Source of the DNA: Bordetella parapertussis | Lineage (GTDB): Bacteria > Pseudomonadota > Gammaproteobacteria > Burkholderiales > SG8-39 | Direction: 5' to 3' | DNA: 64,000 bases | Assembly (NCBI GenBank): GCA_945862265.1 | Contig: CAMAXP010000015.1 | Location: 25,384 to 89,383, forward strand | Part shown: piece after piece, positions 1 to 10,198 of the stretch | Layout: every line of letters begins with the position of its first letter | Position numbering within the stretch: the first letter of the stretch is position 1 | Made by a program: the position numbers and the translations under genes | Notes under the pieces: generated by a model | The model's input: only the letters and a program-made list of their open reading frames with translations | Databases searched by the model: none | Told to the model about the DNA's origin: nothing

Positions 1-1524
1 CTGGAAAAAGGCTCCGAGATCGGCGCCCACATCCTGTCGGGGGCCGTCATGGACCCGCGCGCAATGGACGAGCTATTCCCCGACTGGAAAAGCATGGGCG
101 CCCCGCTCACGACGCCGGTCTCCGAGGACCGGTTCATGTTCCTCACCGAGACCGGGGCGACGAAGACCCCGAACTGGATGCTGCCTGGATGCTTCCAGAA
201 CCATGGGAATTACATCATCAGCCTGGCCAACGTGACCCGCTGGCTGGGCCAGCAGGCCGAGGCGCTGGGTGTGGAGATCTTCCCGGGCTTTGCCGCCGCC
301 GAGGTGCTCTACCACGAGGACGGCTCGGTCAAGGGCGTGGCCACTGGCGACATGGGCGTGGGCCGCGACGGCAAGCAGACCGACGCCTACCAGCAGGGCA
401 TGGAACTGCATGCCCGGTACACATTCTTTGCCGAAGGCTGCCGCGGCAACCTCGGCAAGCAACTCGAAGCCAAGTTCAACCTGCGCAAGGACGCCGACCC
501 GCAGGTGTACGGCATCGGTCTCAAGGAGCTCTGGGAGATCCCGCCAGAGAAGCATAAGCCAGGACTGGTCGTTCACACGGCCGGGTGGCCTCTGGACGCG
601 CACACCTATGGCGGTTCCTTCCTGTATCACATGGAGAATAACCAGGTGGCGGTTGGCTTCGTGGTGGGCCTGGGCTACACGAACCCCTACCTTTCCCCGT
701 ACGAAGAATTCCAGCGCTACAAGACGCACGCATCGATCCGCGGCTTCTTCGAAGGCGGCAAGCGCATCGCCTACGGCGCCCGCGCCATTGCGGCAGGCGG
801 CCTGCAGTCGCTCCCGAAACTGACTTTCCCGGGCGGTGCGCTGCTCGGCGACGATGCAGGGTTCCTGAACGCCTCGCGCATCAAGGGCAGCCACTGTGCG
901 ATCAAGTCCGGGATGATGGCGGCGGAGGCTGCCTTTGACGCCGTGGTGGCAGATCGTCGGTCGGACGAACTCACCGCTTATCCCGAGGCCTACAGCAAAT
1001 CGTGGCTGTTCGACGAACTCTATCGCGCCCGCAACTTCAAGCCGTGGATGGCCAAGGGCCTTTACCTGGGCACGCTGATGGTCGGCGTCGACCAGGTCGT
1101 GTTCGGCGGCAAGGCGCCGTGGACGCTGCACCACGACCACTCAGACCACGAAACGCTGAAGAAGAAAACCGAAGTCGAGCCCATCAAGTACCCAAAGCCG
1201 GACGGGGTGCTCACCTTCGACCGCCTGTCCTCGGTCTTCATCTCCAACACCAACCACACTGAAGACCAGCCGATCCACCTGACGCTCAAGGACGCGAGCG
1301 TTCCGGTCAACGTCAACCTCGAACTTTACGACGCGCCCGAGCAGCGCTACTGCCCGGCCGGCGTCTACGAGATCATGCGCGACGACAACGGCGCCAATCC
1401 GCGCCTGCAGATCAACGCGCAGAACTGCGTGCACTGCAAGACCTGCGACATCAAGGACCCGACCCAGAACATCGTCTGGGTCACGCCCGAGGGCGGCGGC
1501 GGGCCGAACTACCCGAACATGTGA
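1..1524 (+). CDS. Electron transfer flavoprotein-ubiquinone oxidoreductase (ETF-QO), 5' end outside window
   Basis: Frame 1 is open from base 1 (LEKGSEIGAHILSGAV...) to TGA 1522-1524. The C-terminus ...YCPAGVYE...CVHCKTCDIKDPTQNIVWVTPEGGGGPNYPNM is the ferredoxin-like 4Fe-4S end typical of ETF-QO. GC3 is high. Confidence 0.9.
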   Translation: MEKGSEIGAHILSGAVMDPRAMDELFPDWKSMGAPLTTPVSEDRFMFLTETGATKTPNWMLPGCFQNHGNYIISLANVTRWLGQQAEALGVEIFPGFAAAEVLYHEDGSVKGVATGDMGVGRDGKQTDAYQQGMELHARYTFFAEGCRGNLGKQLEAKFNLRKDADPQVYGIGLKELWEIPPEKHKPGLVVHTAGWPLDAHTYGGSFLYHMENNQVAVGFVVGLGYTNPYLSPYEEFQRYKTHASIRGFFEGGKRIAYGARAIAAGGLQSLPKLTFPGGALLGDDAGFLNASRIKGSHCAIKSGMMAAEAAFDAVVADRRSDELTAYPEAYSKSWLFDELYRARNFKPWMAKGLYLGTLMVGVDQVVFGGKAPWTLHHDHSDHETLKKKTEVEPIKYPKPDGVLTFDRLSSVFISNTNHTEDQPIHLTLKDASVPVNVNLELYDAPEQRYCPAGVYEIMRDDNGANPRLQINAQNCVHCKTCDIKDPTQNIVWVTPEGGGGPNYPNM

Positions 1525-1538
1525 GCAAGGAGGCCGGC

Positions 1539-1664
1539 GTGGCAGCGGATGCGGGCACAGGACCGAAAAAATACGCGAGCATGGCGGAGTTCTACCCGTT
1601 CTACAGCTTTGCAGGCGACTGGGTGATGTGGTCGGAGATCCTGCGCGGCAAGATCAAGTTCTGA
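1539..1664 (+). pseudogene. 41-codon mini-ORF, possible internally deleted relic of a DUF962/Mpo1-like membrane protein gene
   Basis: An AAGGAGG motif at 1528-1534 precedes GTG 1539. The product is VAADAGTGPKKYASMAEFYPFYSFAGDWVMWSEILRGKIKF*. The head (xFxEFYPFY) and tail (GDxxMWxxxLxGK) resemble the two ends of DUF962 proteins as I remember them, with nothing in between. Confidence 0.3.
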
Positions 1665-1737
1665 TCAAGGCTGCTACACCAGCATCCGACAGTACGCCCG
1701 CGCTTCGTCATGGCCGGGTCGTCCTTGGCTCAAGCCG

Positions 1738-3063
1738 CTACACGGTGCGCATCAGCATCCAGGCGATGAAGCGCATCAGGAACTCCGGCATCAGGGTGTA
1801 GATGTAGATTGCGACCAGTGCATTGAGGACGCCCACCACCAGGTAGAGCTGAGGCAGCGTGAGGCCGGCGTGCAGCAGTACTGCTGCCATCACGGAAGCC
1901 ACGACCATGAACAGCGCATTGAGGATGTTGTTCGCCGCGATGATGCGTGCCCGGTGCGAAGGCTCGCAACGTATCTGAATGAGGGCGTACAACGGCACGC
2001 TGTAGAACCCGCCGAACATGGCCAGCAGGAAAAGGTCGGCCATGATCCGCCAGTGTGAGTGGTCGGCCATGAACGCCCCCAACCCTTCCATGCCGCCCGA
2101 CGGCGCCAGCCCGCTGCTCGCGAACCACAGGTCAATAGCGAAGACCGTCATGCCGATCGACCCGAACGGCACCAGCCCGATCTCCACCTTGTGCCCGGAC
2201 ATGCGCTCACAGAGCAACGACCCGATGCCGATCCCGATCGAAAAGATCGCGAGAAGCAGTGTCACCACGTTCTGGTCGCCACCGAGCGTCTCCTTGGCGA
2301 AGCCCGTGAAGCTGGTGAGGAAGATCGAGCCGAAGAACCACAGCCATGAGATCCCCAATAGTGAAAGAAAAACGCTGCGGTTCGTGCGCGCGTGTCCCAG
2401 GTTCGCGAGGGTTTCCGTGACCGGGTTCCAGTTGACCTTCAGGCCGGGCTCCGCAGCGGGCGAGACAGGCACAAACCCCGCTGCCACCCGGCCGACCACA
2501 GCCAGCAGAATCGACACCAGCGCCACCCAGTGCGGCCCCGTCCCGGGAATCCCGACCAGGACGCCGCCGGCAATCGTGCCGAGGAGGATCGCGACAAACG
2601 TGCCCATCTCGACCATGCCGTTGCCGCCAGTGAGTTCCTCCTCGCGCAGGTGCTGCGGCAGGTAGGCGTACTTCACCGGGCCGAACAGCGTCGAATGCAG
2701 GCCCATCAGGAACACGCCTGCGAGAAGGAGCGGCACGATCTTCCAGAAGAATCCCGCGGCGATCGCCAGCATGATCGCGATCTCGAGGTTCTTCACCAGG
2801 CGGATCAGAGCCGCCTTGTCGTACTTGTCGGCGAGCTGGCCCGCGGTGGCCGAGAACAGTACAAAGGGCAGGATGAAGATGCCGCCGATCACCGCGCCCG
2901 CGGATTTCGGGTCCATGCCGCCCCACTCCGCCGCACTGTAGGTGGCGAGCACGGTAAAGGCGAACTTGAATACGTTGTCGTTCCCCGCCCCGAAAAACTG
3001 GGTCAGGAAGAACGGCAGGAAGCGCCGCTCCTTCAGCAGTGCGAACTGGCTGTTTGTGCCCAA
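1738..3063 (-). CDS. MFS transporter (LplT-like major facilitator)
   Basis: Polytopic hydrophobic product (...RRFLPFFLTQFFGAGNDNVFKFAF...ATAGQLADKYDKA...). The 546-aa ORF in the track overlaps the upstream acyl-CoA dehydrogenase. There is no in-frame ATG after that gene's stop, so I place the start at in-frame TTG 3063 (MGTNSQFALLKERRF...). The start is uncertain. Confidence 0.8.
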   Translation of the reverse strand: MGTNSQFALLKERRFLPFFLTQFFGAGNDNVFKFAFTVLATYSAAEWGGMDPKSAGAVIGGIFILPFVLFSATAGQLADKYDKAALIRLVKNLEIAIMLAIAAGFFWKIVPLLLAGVFLMGLHSTLFGPVKYAYLPQHLREEELTGGNGMVEMGTFVAILLGTIAGGVLVGIPGTGPHWVALVSILLAVVGRVAAGFVPVSPAAEPGLKVNWNPVTETLANLGHARTNRSVFLSLLGISWLWFFGSIFLTSFTGFAKETLGGDQNVVTLLLAIFSIGIGIGSLLCERMSGHKVEIGLVPFGSIGMTVFAIDLWFASSGLAPSGGMEGLGAFMADHSHWRIMADLFLLAMFGGFYSVPLYALIQIRCEPSHRARIIAANNILNALFMVVASVMAAVLLHAGLTLPQLYLVVGVLNALVAIYIYTLMPEFLMRFIAWMLMRTV

Positions 3064-3074
3064 GGGCGGGCGCC

Positions 3075-4865
3075 TCAGGCGGCCAGCATGTCCTCTTCGG
3101 ACACCGCCATGACTCCGGCGGAGCCGCTCACCATGGTCGCCGCGAGACCGGGCGCCTGCACTAGGACGTGGTCCGCATAGAAGCGGGCCGTGGTGATCTT
3201 GGTCTTGTAGAACGCGGCATCCCCCCCACCCTCGGCCAGCTTCTTCTCGGCCACCAGCGCCGAGCGGGCCATCTGCCAGCCGCCGCAGACGATGCCCATG
3301 AGCTTGAGGAAAGGCACGGCGCCGGAAAACACCGCCTTGGGATCGGTGCCTGCGGTCGCAACGATGTAGTCCACGCATTCGCCTACCGCCTTCGTGCCGG
3401 CAGCCAGCGTCGCGCGGACGACCGCCACGTCCGCATTCTTCGAGGCGGCCAGCTTGGCGTCGAGCGCCGTCATCATCTGCAGCCAGCCCTTGATCGTCAC
3501 TCCGCCTTCGCGGGCGATCTTGCGGCCGACCAGGTCATTGGCCTGGATGCCGGTGGTGCCTTCGTAGATCGTCGTGATGCGCGCATCACGCAGGTGCTGC
3601 GCGGCGCCGGTTTCCTCGATGAAGCCCATGCCGCCGTGGATCTGCACGCCGAGCGACGCGACATCAATGCCGGTCTCGGTGCTCCAGCCCTTGACCACCG
3701 GGATCATCAGTTCGGCAAATGCCTGGTTCTGCTGGCGTGTCGCCTTGTCCGGATGGCGGTGAGCCGCATCCATCGCGCCCGCGACCACATAGGCCAGCGC
3801 GCGCATCGCCTCGGTCTGCGACTTCATCAGCATCAGCATGCGGCGCACATCGGGGTGGTTGATGATCGCCACCGTCTTCGCGCCACCGGCGAGGTCGTTG
3901 CCCTGCATGCGATCCTTCGAGTAGGCGAGCGCCCGCTGGTAGGCGCGCTCGGCAATCGCCACGCCTTCCATGCCCACGCCAAAGCGTGCGGCATTCATCA
4001 TGACGAACATGTACGACAGGCCCTTGTTCTCCTCGCCCACGAGGTAGCCCACTGCGTTGTCGAACACCATCACCGCCGTCGGGCTCGCATGAATGCCGAG
4101 CTTGTGCTCGATCGAGGCACATACAGCCGTATTGCGCTCTCCGAGCGAGCCGTCCGGTTTGACCATGAACTTGGGCACCACGAAGAGCGAGATCCCCTTG
4201 ACCCCCGGAGGCGCATCCGGCGTGCGCGCGAGCACGAGATGCACGATGTTCTCCGTCATGTCGTGCTCGCCGTACGTGATGAAGATCTTCTGGCCGCTGA
4301 TGCGGTAGTGGTCCCCTTCCCTCACCGCCTTGGAGCGCAGCAGCGCGAGGTCGGAGCCCGCCTGCGGCTCGGTCAGGTTCATCGTGCCCGTCCAGGCGCC
4401 CGACACCATCTTGTCGAGGAAGGTCTTCTTCAGCTGGTCGCTGCCGCAGAGCAGCAACGCCTCGATTGCGCCCTGCGTGAGCAGCGGGCAGAGCGAGAAC
4501 GCCATGTTGGCCGAGGTCACCATCTCGGTCACCGGCGTGGAGACGAGCTTGGGCAGGCCCTGCCCGCCCCACTCGGGATCCAGCGGCAGGCCGTTCCAGC
4601 CGCCTTCGACGAACTGCTTGTAGGCTTCCTTGAAACCCTTGGGCGTCTTCACCGCGCCGTCCTTCCACTGCGACCCCTCCTGGTCGCCCGTCCAGTTCAG
4701 TGGGTCGAGCACCTCTGTGGTGAACTTGGCCGCTTCCTCCAGGATGGCGTCGACGGTGTCCGGCGTGGCGTCCTCGCATCCCGGGAGTTTGGCCACCTCG
4801 GCCATCCCGGCGAGTTCGTTCAGGACGAACTTCATGTCTTTGAGTGGGGCGGTGTAGGCGCTCAT
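3075..4865 (-). CDS. Acyl-CoA dehydrogenase, long (~596 aa) type with C-terminal extension
   Basis: The N-terminus MSAYTAPLKDMKFVLNEL... and the internal ...TEPQAGSDL...FITYGEHD...IHGGMGFIEETGAAQHLRDARITTIYEGTTGIQ are ACAD signatures. The gene sits next to etfAB. Confidence 0.9.
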   Translation of the reverse strand: MSAYTAPLKDMKFVLNELAGMAEVAKLPGCEDATPDTVDAILEEAAKFTTEVLDPLNWTGDQEGSQWKDGAVKTPKGFKEAYKQFVEGGWNGLPLDPEWGGQGLPKLVSTPVTEMVTSANMAFSLCPLLTQGAIEALLLCGSDQLKKTFLDKMVSGAWTGTMNLTEPQAGSDLALLRSKAVREGDHYRISGQKIFITYGEHDMTENIVHLVLARTPDAPPGVKGISLFVVPKFMVKPDGSLGERNTAVCASIEHKLGIHASPTAVMVFDNAVGYLVGEENKGLSYMFVMMNAARFGVGMEGVAIAERAYQRALAYSKDRMQGNDLAGGAKTVAIINHPDVRRMLMLMKSQTEAMRALAYVVAGAMDAAHRHPDKATRQQNQAFAELMIPVVKGWSTETGIDVASLGVQIHGGMGFIEETGAAQHLRDARITTIYEGTTGIQANDLVGRKIAREGGVTIKGWLQMMTALDAKLAASKNADVAVVRATLAAGTKAVGECVDYIVATAGTDPKAVFSGAVPFLKLMGIVCGGWQMARSALVAEKKLAEGGGDAAFYKTKITTARFYADHVLVQAPGLAATMVSGSAGVMAVSEEDMLAA

Positions 4866-4933
4866 CTGTGCACTCCTAAAAGAACGACCGGGGAGGTCTG
4901 AGGAGGGGCACAGCGCCCCTCTTCTCGTCTCGT

Positions 4934-5869
4934 CTACTTGTTCAGTTCCTCGATCACCTGCGGCACGACCTGGAAAAGGTCGCCCACGATGCCGTAGTCG
5001 GCCACCGAGAAGATCGGCGCTTCTTCGTCCTTGTTGATGCAGACGATCACGCGGCTGTCCTTCATGCCGGCGAGGTGCTGGATCGCGCCCGAGATGCCGA
5101 CAGCGATGTACAGGTCCGGCGCCACGATCTTGCCGGTCTGCCCCACCTGCCAGTCGTTCGGCACGAAGCCTGCATCCACGGCGGCGCGCGAGGCGCCCAT
5201 CGCGGCGCCCAGCTTGTCTGCCAGCGGTTCGAGGATCTTGAAGTTGTCGCCCGAGCCCATGCCGCGCCCGCCCGAGACGATGATCTTCGCCGCAGTGAGT
5301 TCCGGACGCTCGGACTTGGACACCTCGCGGCTGATGAACGAGGACAACCCGCTGTCCGCGGCCGCCGCAACGCTTTCCACCGCGGCACTGCCGCCTTCGG
5401 CCGCCACCGCATCGAACCCGGTGGTGCGCACCGTGATGACCTTGATGGCGTCGGACGATTGCACCGTCGCGAGCGCGTTGCCGGCGTAGATCGGCCGCAC
5501 GAACGTGTCGGGCGACTCGACCGCGACGATCTCGGAGATCTGCTGCATGTCGAGCAGCGCAGCGACGCGCGGCATCACGTTCTTGCCGTTGGACGTCGCG
5601 GGCGCGAGAACGTGCGAGTAGCCTTTGGCCAGGCCCACCACCACCGCCGCGACGTTCTCAGCGAGGAAATCGGCGAGCTGCGGGGCATCCGCGTGCAGCA
5701 CCTTGGTGACACCGGGGATCTTCGCCGCGGCCGCCGCCGCGCCGGCCGAACCGCCGCCGGCCACCAGCACGTGCACTTCGCCGCCGATCTTCGCCGCAGC
5801 GGCCACCGTGTTGAGCGTTGCGACCTTGATCGACGCGTTGTCGTGTTCCGCAATGACCAGGCAGCTCAT
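4934..5869 (-). CDS. etfA: Electron transfer flavoprotein alpha subunit
   Basis: [15 protein letters not shown]...[11 protein letters not shown]...[50 protein letters not shown] is the canonical EtfA FAD-binding C-terminal half. Confidence 0.95.
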   Translation of the reverse strand: MSCLVIAEHDNASIKVATLNTVAAAAKIGGEVHVLVAGGGSAGAAAAAAKIPGVTKVLHADAPQLADFLAENVAAVVVGLAKGYSHVLAPATSNGKNVMPRVAALLDMQQISEIVAVESPDTFVRPIYAGNALATVQSSDAIKVITVRTTGFDAVAAEGGSAAVESVAAAADSGLSSFISREVSKSERPELTAAKIIVSGGRGMGSGDNFKILEPLADKLGAAMGASRAAVDAGFVPNDWQVGQTGKIVAPDLYIAVGISGAIQHLAGMKDSRVIVCINKDEEAPIFSVADYGIVGDLFQVVPQVIEELNK

Positions 5870-6618
5870 GAAATCACCTTCGCTTCGTTACGCAGTTTGG
5901 CGACCAGCGCGGCCGCGTCGGGCACCTTGATGCCGGCATTGCGCTTGGCTGGCTCGACGACCTTCAGCGTCTTCAGGCGCGGCGCGACGTCCACGCCGAG
6001 CGCATCGGGCTTGATTTTCTCGAGCGTCTTCTTCTTCGCCTTCATGATGTTCGGCAGCGTCACGTAGCGCGGCTCGTTGAGGCGCAGGTCGGTGGTGACG
6101 ATCGCCGGCAGCTTGATCGAGATCGTCTCCAGGCCGCCGTCCACTTCGCGCGTCACCTGGGCCTTGCCGTCGGCCACGGTGAGCTTCGAAGCGAAGGTCG
6201 CCTGCGACCAGCCCATCAGCGCGCCCAGCATCTGGCCGGTCTGGTTGGAATCGTCGTCGATGGCCTGCTTGCCGAGGATCACCAGCTGCGGCGACTCCTT
6301 GGCGCAGACGGCCTTGAGCAGTTTCGCCACGGCCAGCGGCTGCAGTTCGACGTCGGTCTCGACCAGGATCGCACGATCCGCGCCGATCGCAAGCGCCGTG
6401 CGCAGGGTTTCCTGGCAGGCCAGCGGCCCGCACGAGACGGCGATGATCTCGGTCGCGACACCGGCTTCCTTGAGCCGGACGGCCTCCTCGATCGCGATTT
6501 CGTCGAAGGGGTTCATGGACATCTTCACGTTCGCGGTCTCGACGCCGGTGCCGTCGGACTTCACGCGCACCTTGACGTTGTAATCCACCACGCGCTTCAC
6601 GCTGACGAGGACTTTCAT
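5866..6618 (-). CDS. etfB: Electron transfer flavoprotein beta subunit
   Basis: Start taken at internal ATG 6618 ([46 protein letters not shown]...). The stop overlaps the etfA start by 4 nt (ATGA). Confidence 0.95.
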   Translation of the reverse strand: MKVLVSVKRVVDYNVKVRVKSDGTGVETANVKMSMNPFDEIAIEEAVRLKEAGVATEIIAVSCGPLACQETLRTALAIGADRAILVETDVELQPLAVAKLLKAVCAKESPQLVILGKQAIDDDSNQTGQMLGALMGWSQATFASKLTVADGKAQVTREVDGGLETISIKLPAIVTTDLRLNEPRYVTLPNIMKAKKKTLEKIKPDALGVDVAPRLKTLKVVEPAKRNAGIKVPDAAALVAKLRNEAKVIS

Positions 6619-6712
6619 GTTTTTTTGGGGAGGGAAAAGGTTAAGGGTTGCGAAAAAATCAGGCCACGGATTATACCGCCCGGGGTGCCCGGCGGCGCGT
6701 TTCAAACGCCCC

Positions 6713-6874
6713 TCATTTGCCCCGCGCGGTGTCCATGACAAGCCGGGTCAGCAGGTACAGCCGGGGCTCCACCGTGTCGAGGTCCACGTACTCCTTCTCC
6801 GAGGGGTGGTACCCGTACCCTGCCAGCCCGAAACTCTCGACCGTGGCCGAACAGCAGGGCAAGCAGGGTCGCAC
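6713..6874 (-). CDS. Candidate unlisted small ORF (53 codons) or C-terminal gene remnant
   Basis: GTG 6874 to TGA 6713 encodes [53 protein letters not shown]. Nearly every third codon position is G/C, unlike the other frames here. It is below the ORF-track size cutoff. Confidence 0.3.
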   Translation of the reverse strand: MRPCLPCCSATVESFGLAGYGYHPSEKEYVDLDTVEPRLYLLTRLVMDTARGK

Positions 6875-6959
6875 TGATTCGCACTTCCGAATTCATGGGA
6901 TTCTCTCCCGCTGGAATTGCGATTATAGTGCTGCGACCCTTCCTAACGTGCCCTCCTCC

Positions 6960-7325
6960 ATGCCGACGCCAGGACCTGAACAAACCTACAAGGACAAGCT
7001 CGCCCAGGGCGCATTCGAAATCCAGAAATGCGCCGGCTGCGGGCAGCACGTCTTCTACCCGCGTGTCGTCTGCCCGCACTGCGGCGTGGACAAGCTGGAC
7101 TGGGTCAAGGCCAGCGGCTCGGGCACCGTGTACTCGACCACCGTCGTGCGCCGAAAGCCCGAGGCCGGCGGCGATTACAACGTCGCCCTCATCGACCTTG
7201 CGGAAGGCCCGCGCATGATGAGCCGCGTGGTGGGCGTGGAGCCCACCGCTGTCAAAATCGGCATGAAAGTCCGGGCGCGCATCGCCCCCGAGACCCTTGT
7301 CGAATTCACCCCGGACCAGCCCTGA
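6960..7325 (+). CDS. Zn-ribbon/OB-fold protein (DUF35 family), thiolase partner
   Basis: Internal ATG 6960. The product carries two CxxC pairs (CAGCGQHVFYPRVVCPHCG), followed by an OB-fold-like region. It lies directly upstream of a thiolase-like gene and is coupled to it (TGATG). Confidence 0.85.
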   Translation: MPTPGPEQTYKDKLAQGAFEIQKCAGCGQHVFYPRVVCPHCGVDKLDWVKASGSGTVYSTTVVRRKPEAGGDYNVALIDLAEGPRMMSRVVGVEPTAVKIGMKVRARIAPETLVEFTPDQP

Positions 7326-8497
7326 TGCCAAACACCAAGGATCTGCGCGGCTCGGTCGCGATTGCCGGAGTCGGCCTTGCCGCCTGCGGCGAAGCCCCCG
7401 GCTGGACCGAAAACGAAATCATGGCCGCGGCCGCGCAAGCCGCCCTCGCCGACGCCGGCCTCACCACGCGGGATGTGGACGGCCTCGTCTGCGCGAGCGT
7501 CAACGGCTTTCTCACCGGGTTGTCGGTGGCCGAGCAGCTCGGCATCCACCCGAAATTCACCGATTCCACCTGTGTGGGCGGCTCCTCCTTCGTGGGCCAC
7601 CTGCTGCCCGCGGCGATGGCGCTCAACTACGGCCTGTGCGACGTGGTGCTGGTCACCTATGGGTCGAACCAGCGCACTGGTGTGGGCCGGGGGGAAGGCG
7701 GCAAGTACAAGATGGCGCTCGACCCGCAGGCCTTCGAGCACCCGTACAAGCCGTTCAACCCGATGTCTTCCTACGCATTGGCTGCGGCCCGCCACATGCA
7801 CCAGTACGGCACGACGCGCACGCATCTCGCCGAAGTGGCCGTGGCCGCGCGCAAGTGGGCGCAGCTGAACCCCGAAGCCTTCTCGCGCGACCCGCTGTCG
7901 ATCGAAGACGTGCTGAAGGCGCGCATGGTGTCGGACCCGCTCAGCGTCCGCGATGCGTGCCTGGTCACCGACGGCGGCGGCGCCTACGTGCTCGTGCGTG
8001 CAGACCGTGCGAAGAGCCTGAAGAAAAAGCCCGTCTACATGCTTGGCTGTGGCTCGGCGCACTGGCACCGCCAGATCTCCTCGATGCCCGACCTCACGGT
8101 GACTGCGGCCTCGGAGTCGGGCCCCCGTGCGTTCGAGATGGCCGGCCTCAAGCCCTCGGATGTCGACTTGCTTGAACTCTACGACGCGTTCACCATCAAC
8201 ACGATCCTGTTCCTCGAGGACCTGGGCTTCTGCAAGAAGGGCGAAGGCGGCGCGTTTGTCTCCGGCGGGCGCATCGCCCCCGGTGGCAGCCTGCCGGTCA
8301 ACACCAACGGTGGCGGCCTTTCGTGCGTGCACCCCGGCATGTACGGCATGTTCCTGATCGTCGAAGCGGTGCGCCAGTTGCGCGGCGAAGCCGGCGACCG
8401 CCAGGTAAAGAATCCCGAAGTCGCCCTTGCCCACGGCAACGGCGGCGTCCTTTCAAGCCAGATCACTGCACTCTTCGGTACGGAGGCAACGCTATGA
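7325..8497 (+). CDS. Thiolase-like protein, SCP-x / lipid-transfer-protein type
   Basis: MPNTKDLRGSVAIAGVGLAACGEAPGWTENEIMAAAAQAALADAGL... and C-terminal ...NTNGGGLSCVHPGMYGMFLIVEAVRQLRGEAG are thiolase-fold signatures. The ATG overlaps the DUF35 stop. Confidence 0.9.
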   Translation: MPNTKDLRGSVAIAGVGLAACGEAPGWTENEIMAAAAQAALADAGLTTRDVDGLVCASVNGFLTGLSVAEQLGIHPKFTDSTCVGGSSFVGHLLPAAMALNYGLCDVVLVTYGSNQRTGVGRGEGGKYKMALDPQAFEHPYKPFNPMSSYALAAARHMHQYGTTRTHLAEVAVAARKWAQLNPEAFSRDPLSIEDVLKARMVSDPLSVRDACLVTDGGGAYVLVRADRAKSLKKKPVYMLGCGSAHWHRQISSMPDLTVTAASESGPRAFEMAGLKPSDVDLLELYDAFTINTILFLEDLGFCKKGEGGAFVSGGRIAPGGSLPVNTNGGGLSCVHPGMYGMFLIVEAVRQLRGEAGDRQVKNPEVALAHGNGGVLSSQITALFGTEATL

Positions 8498-9273
8498 CCG
8501 ACCTTTCCAACGTCAAGATCCCCTCGCTGCGCTCAAAAGTCAGCGAGTCCGAATGGCAGGCCCGCATAGACCTGGCAGCCTGCTACCGCCTGATCGCGCA
8601 CTTCGACATGAACGACCTGATCTACAACCACGCCACCGCGCGTGTGCCGGGCGAGGAAGGCCACTTCCTGATCAATGCGTATGGCTACGCCTACGAGGAA
8701 GTCACCGCGTCGTCGCTGGTCAAGATCGACTTCGACGGCAACATCGTGCACGACTCCGGAACGGGCTACGGCATCAACCAGGCCGGGTTCGTGATCCACA
8801 GCGCGGTCCACCGCGCCCGCCAGGACGTGGGCTGCGTGATCCACACGCATTCGCCGGCCGGCATGGCCATCTCCGCGCTCGAGTGCGGGCTTCTGCCGAT
8901 CACGCAGAACGCGATGTTCTTCGGCCAGGTGGGATACCACGACTACGAAGGCCCCGCCATTGATCTGGACGAGCAGAAGCGGCTGGTCCGCGACCTCGGC
9001 ACGGCCTCCACCCTGATCCTGCGCAACCACGGCCTGCTGACCGCCGGCACCACGGTGTGCGAAGCCTTCGTCGTCATGCACTGGCTGGAAAAGGCCTGCC
9101 AGGCGCAGGTCATGGCGATGTCCTGCCAGAGTCCGATGAACAAGGTGAAGGACGCCGTCGTGAAACTCACCAACGACCGCTACGCCCCGGGCCAGCGGCG
9201 CAAGATCACCGAACTGGAATGGCCGGCCCTGCTGCGCATGCTCGACCGCCGCGATCCTTCTTTCAGGGGCTAG
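8494..9273 (+). CDS. Class II aldolase/adducin family protein
   Basis: Contains ...AACYRLIAHFDMNDLIYNHATARVPG...FVIHSAVHRARQDVGCVIHTHSPAGMAIS..., with the HTH metal-ligand motif of class II aldolases. ATGA overlap with the thiolase gene. Confidence 0.9.
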   Translation: MTDLSNVKIPSLRSKVSESEWQARIDLAACYRLIAHFDMNDLIYNHATARVPGEEGHFLINAYGYAYEEVTASSLVKIDFDGNIVHDSGTGYGINQAGFVIHSAVHRARQDVGCVIHTHSPAGMAISALECGLLPITQNAMFFGQVGYHDYEGPAIDLDEQKRLVRDLGTASTLILRNHGLLTAGTTVCEAFVVMHWLEKACQAQVMAMSCQSPMNKVKDAVVKLTNDRYAPGQRRKITELEWPALLRMLDRRDPSFRG

Positions 9274-9292
9274 GCTTTTGGAGAACGGAAAC

Positions 9293-10198
9293 ATGCTCAA
9301 GGACAAGGTCATCGTAGTCACGGGCGCGGGGGGCGGCATCGGCCGCGACTTCGCGCATGCCATGGCGGCCAAGGGCGCCAAGGTCGTCGTCAATGACGTC
9401 GGCGCCTCGGTCTCTGGCGAGGGCAAGGATGTGGGCCCCGCGCAGCGGGTGGTCGACGAGATCAAGGCCAAGGGCGGCGTGGCCGTCGCAAACACCGACA
9501 GCGTGGCGGAGTGGGAGGCCGCCAACCGGATCATCAAGACCGCGATTGACGCCTTCGGGCGCATCGACGTGGTGGTGAACAATGCCGGGATCCTGCGCGA
9601 CCGGTTCTTTTTCAACATGTCGATCGAGGAATGGAAGGCCGTGATCGACGTGCACCTGAACGGCAGCTTCTACGTGGCGCGCGCAGCGGCCCCCTACTTC
9701 AAGAGCCAGGCCTCGGGCCGCTACATCAACATGACCTCCACCTCCGGGCTGGTGGGCAACTTCGGCCAGGCCAATTACTCGGCCGCCAAGATGGGCATCG
9801 TGGGGCTGTCGAAATCCATGGCGCTCGACATGGCCAAGTACAACGTCACCTCCAACTGCATCTCGCCGTTTGCGTGGAGCCGCATGATCGGCACCATCCC
9901 CGCCGAGACGCCCGACCAGCAGGCGCGCGTCGAAAAGCTCAAGTCGATGGAAACCGCCAAGATCGCCCCGCTTGCCGTCTACCTCGCGAGTGACGCCTCG
10001 CAGGCCGTCACCGGGCAGATCTTCGCCGTGCGCGCCAACGAGATCTTCCTGATGAGCCAGAGCCGGCCGCTGCGTTCGGTGCACCGCTCGGAGGGCTGGA
10101 CGCCGGAGACCATCGCCGAGCACGCCATTCCGGCGATGCAGGCGCACTTCTACAAGCTCGACCGCTCGCAGGACGTCTTCAGCTGGGATCCCACGTGA
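9293..10198 (+). CDS. SDR-family oxidoreductase resembling the (3R)-hydroxyacyl-CoA dehydrogenase part of multifunctional enzyme type 2
   Basis: KVIVVTGAGGGIGR (TGxxxGxG), NNAGILRD and YSAAK motifs. The track ORF begins at TTG 9278. I prefer ATG 9293, which follows GGAGAA. Confidence 0.9.
   Translation: MLKDKVIVVTGAGGGIGRDFAHAMAAKGAKVVVNDVGASVSGEGKDVGPAQRVVDEIKAKGGVAVANTDSVAEWEAANRIIKTAIDAFGRIDVVVNNAGILRDRFFFNMSIEEWKAVIDVHLNGSFYVARAAAPYFKSQASGRYINMTSTSGLVGNFGQANYSAAKMGIVGLSKSMALDMAKYNVTSNCISPFAWSRMIGTIPAETPDQQARVEKLKSMETAKIAPLAVYLASDASQAVTGQIFAVRANEIFLMSQSRPLRSVHRSEGWTPETIAEHAIPAMQAHFYKLDRSQDVFSWDPT

Noticed and set aside
4903-4921. The hairpin GAGGGGC-acagc-GCCCCTC between etfA and the acyl-CoA dehydrogenase gene.
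   Set aside because: No U-tract follows it on the minus strand. It could be an mRNA-stability element, but nothing beyond the stem supports a specific function.
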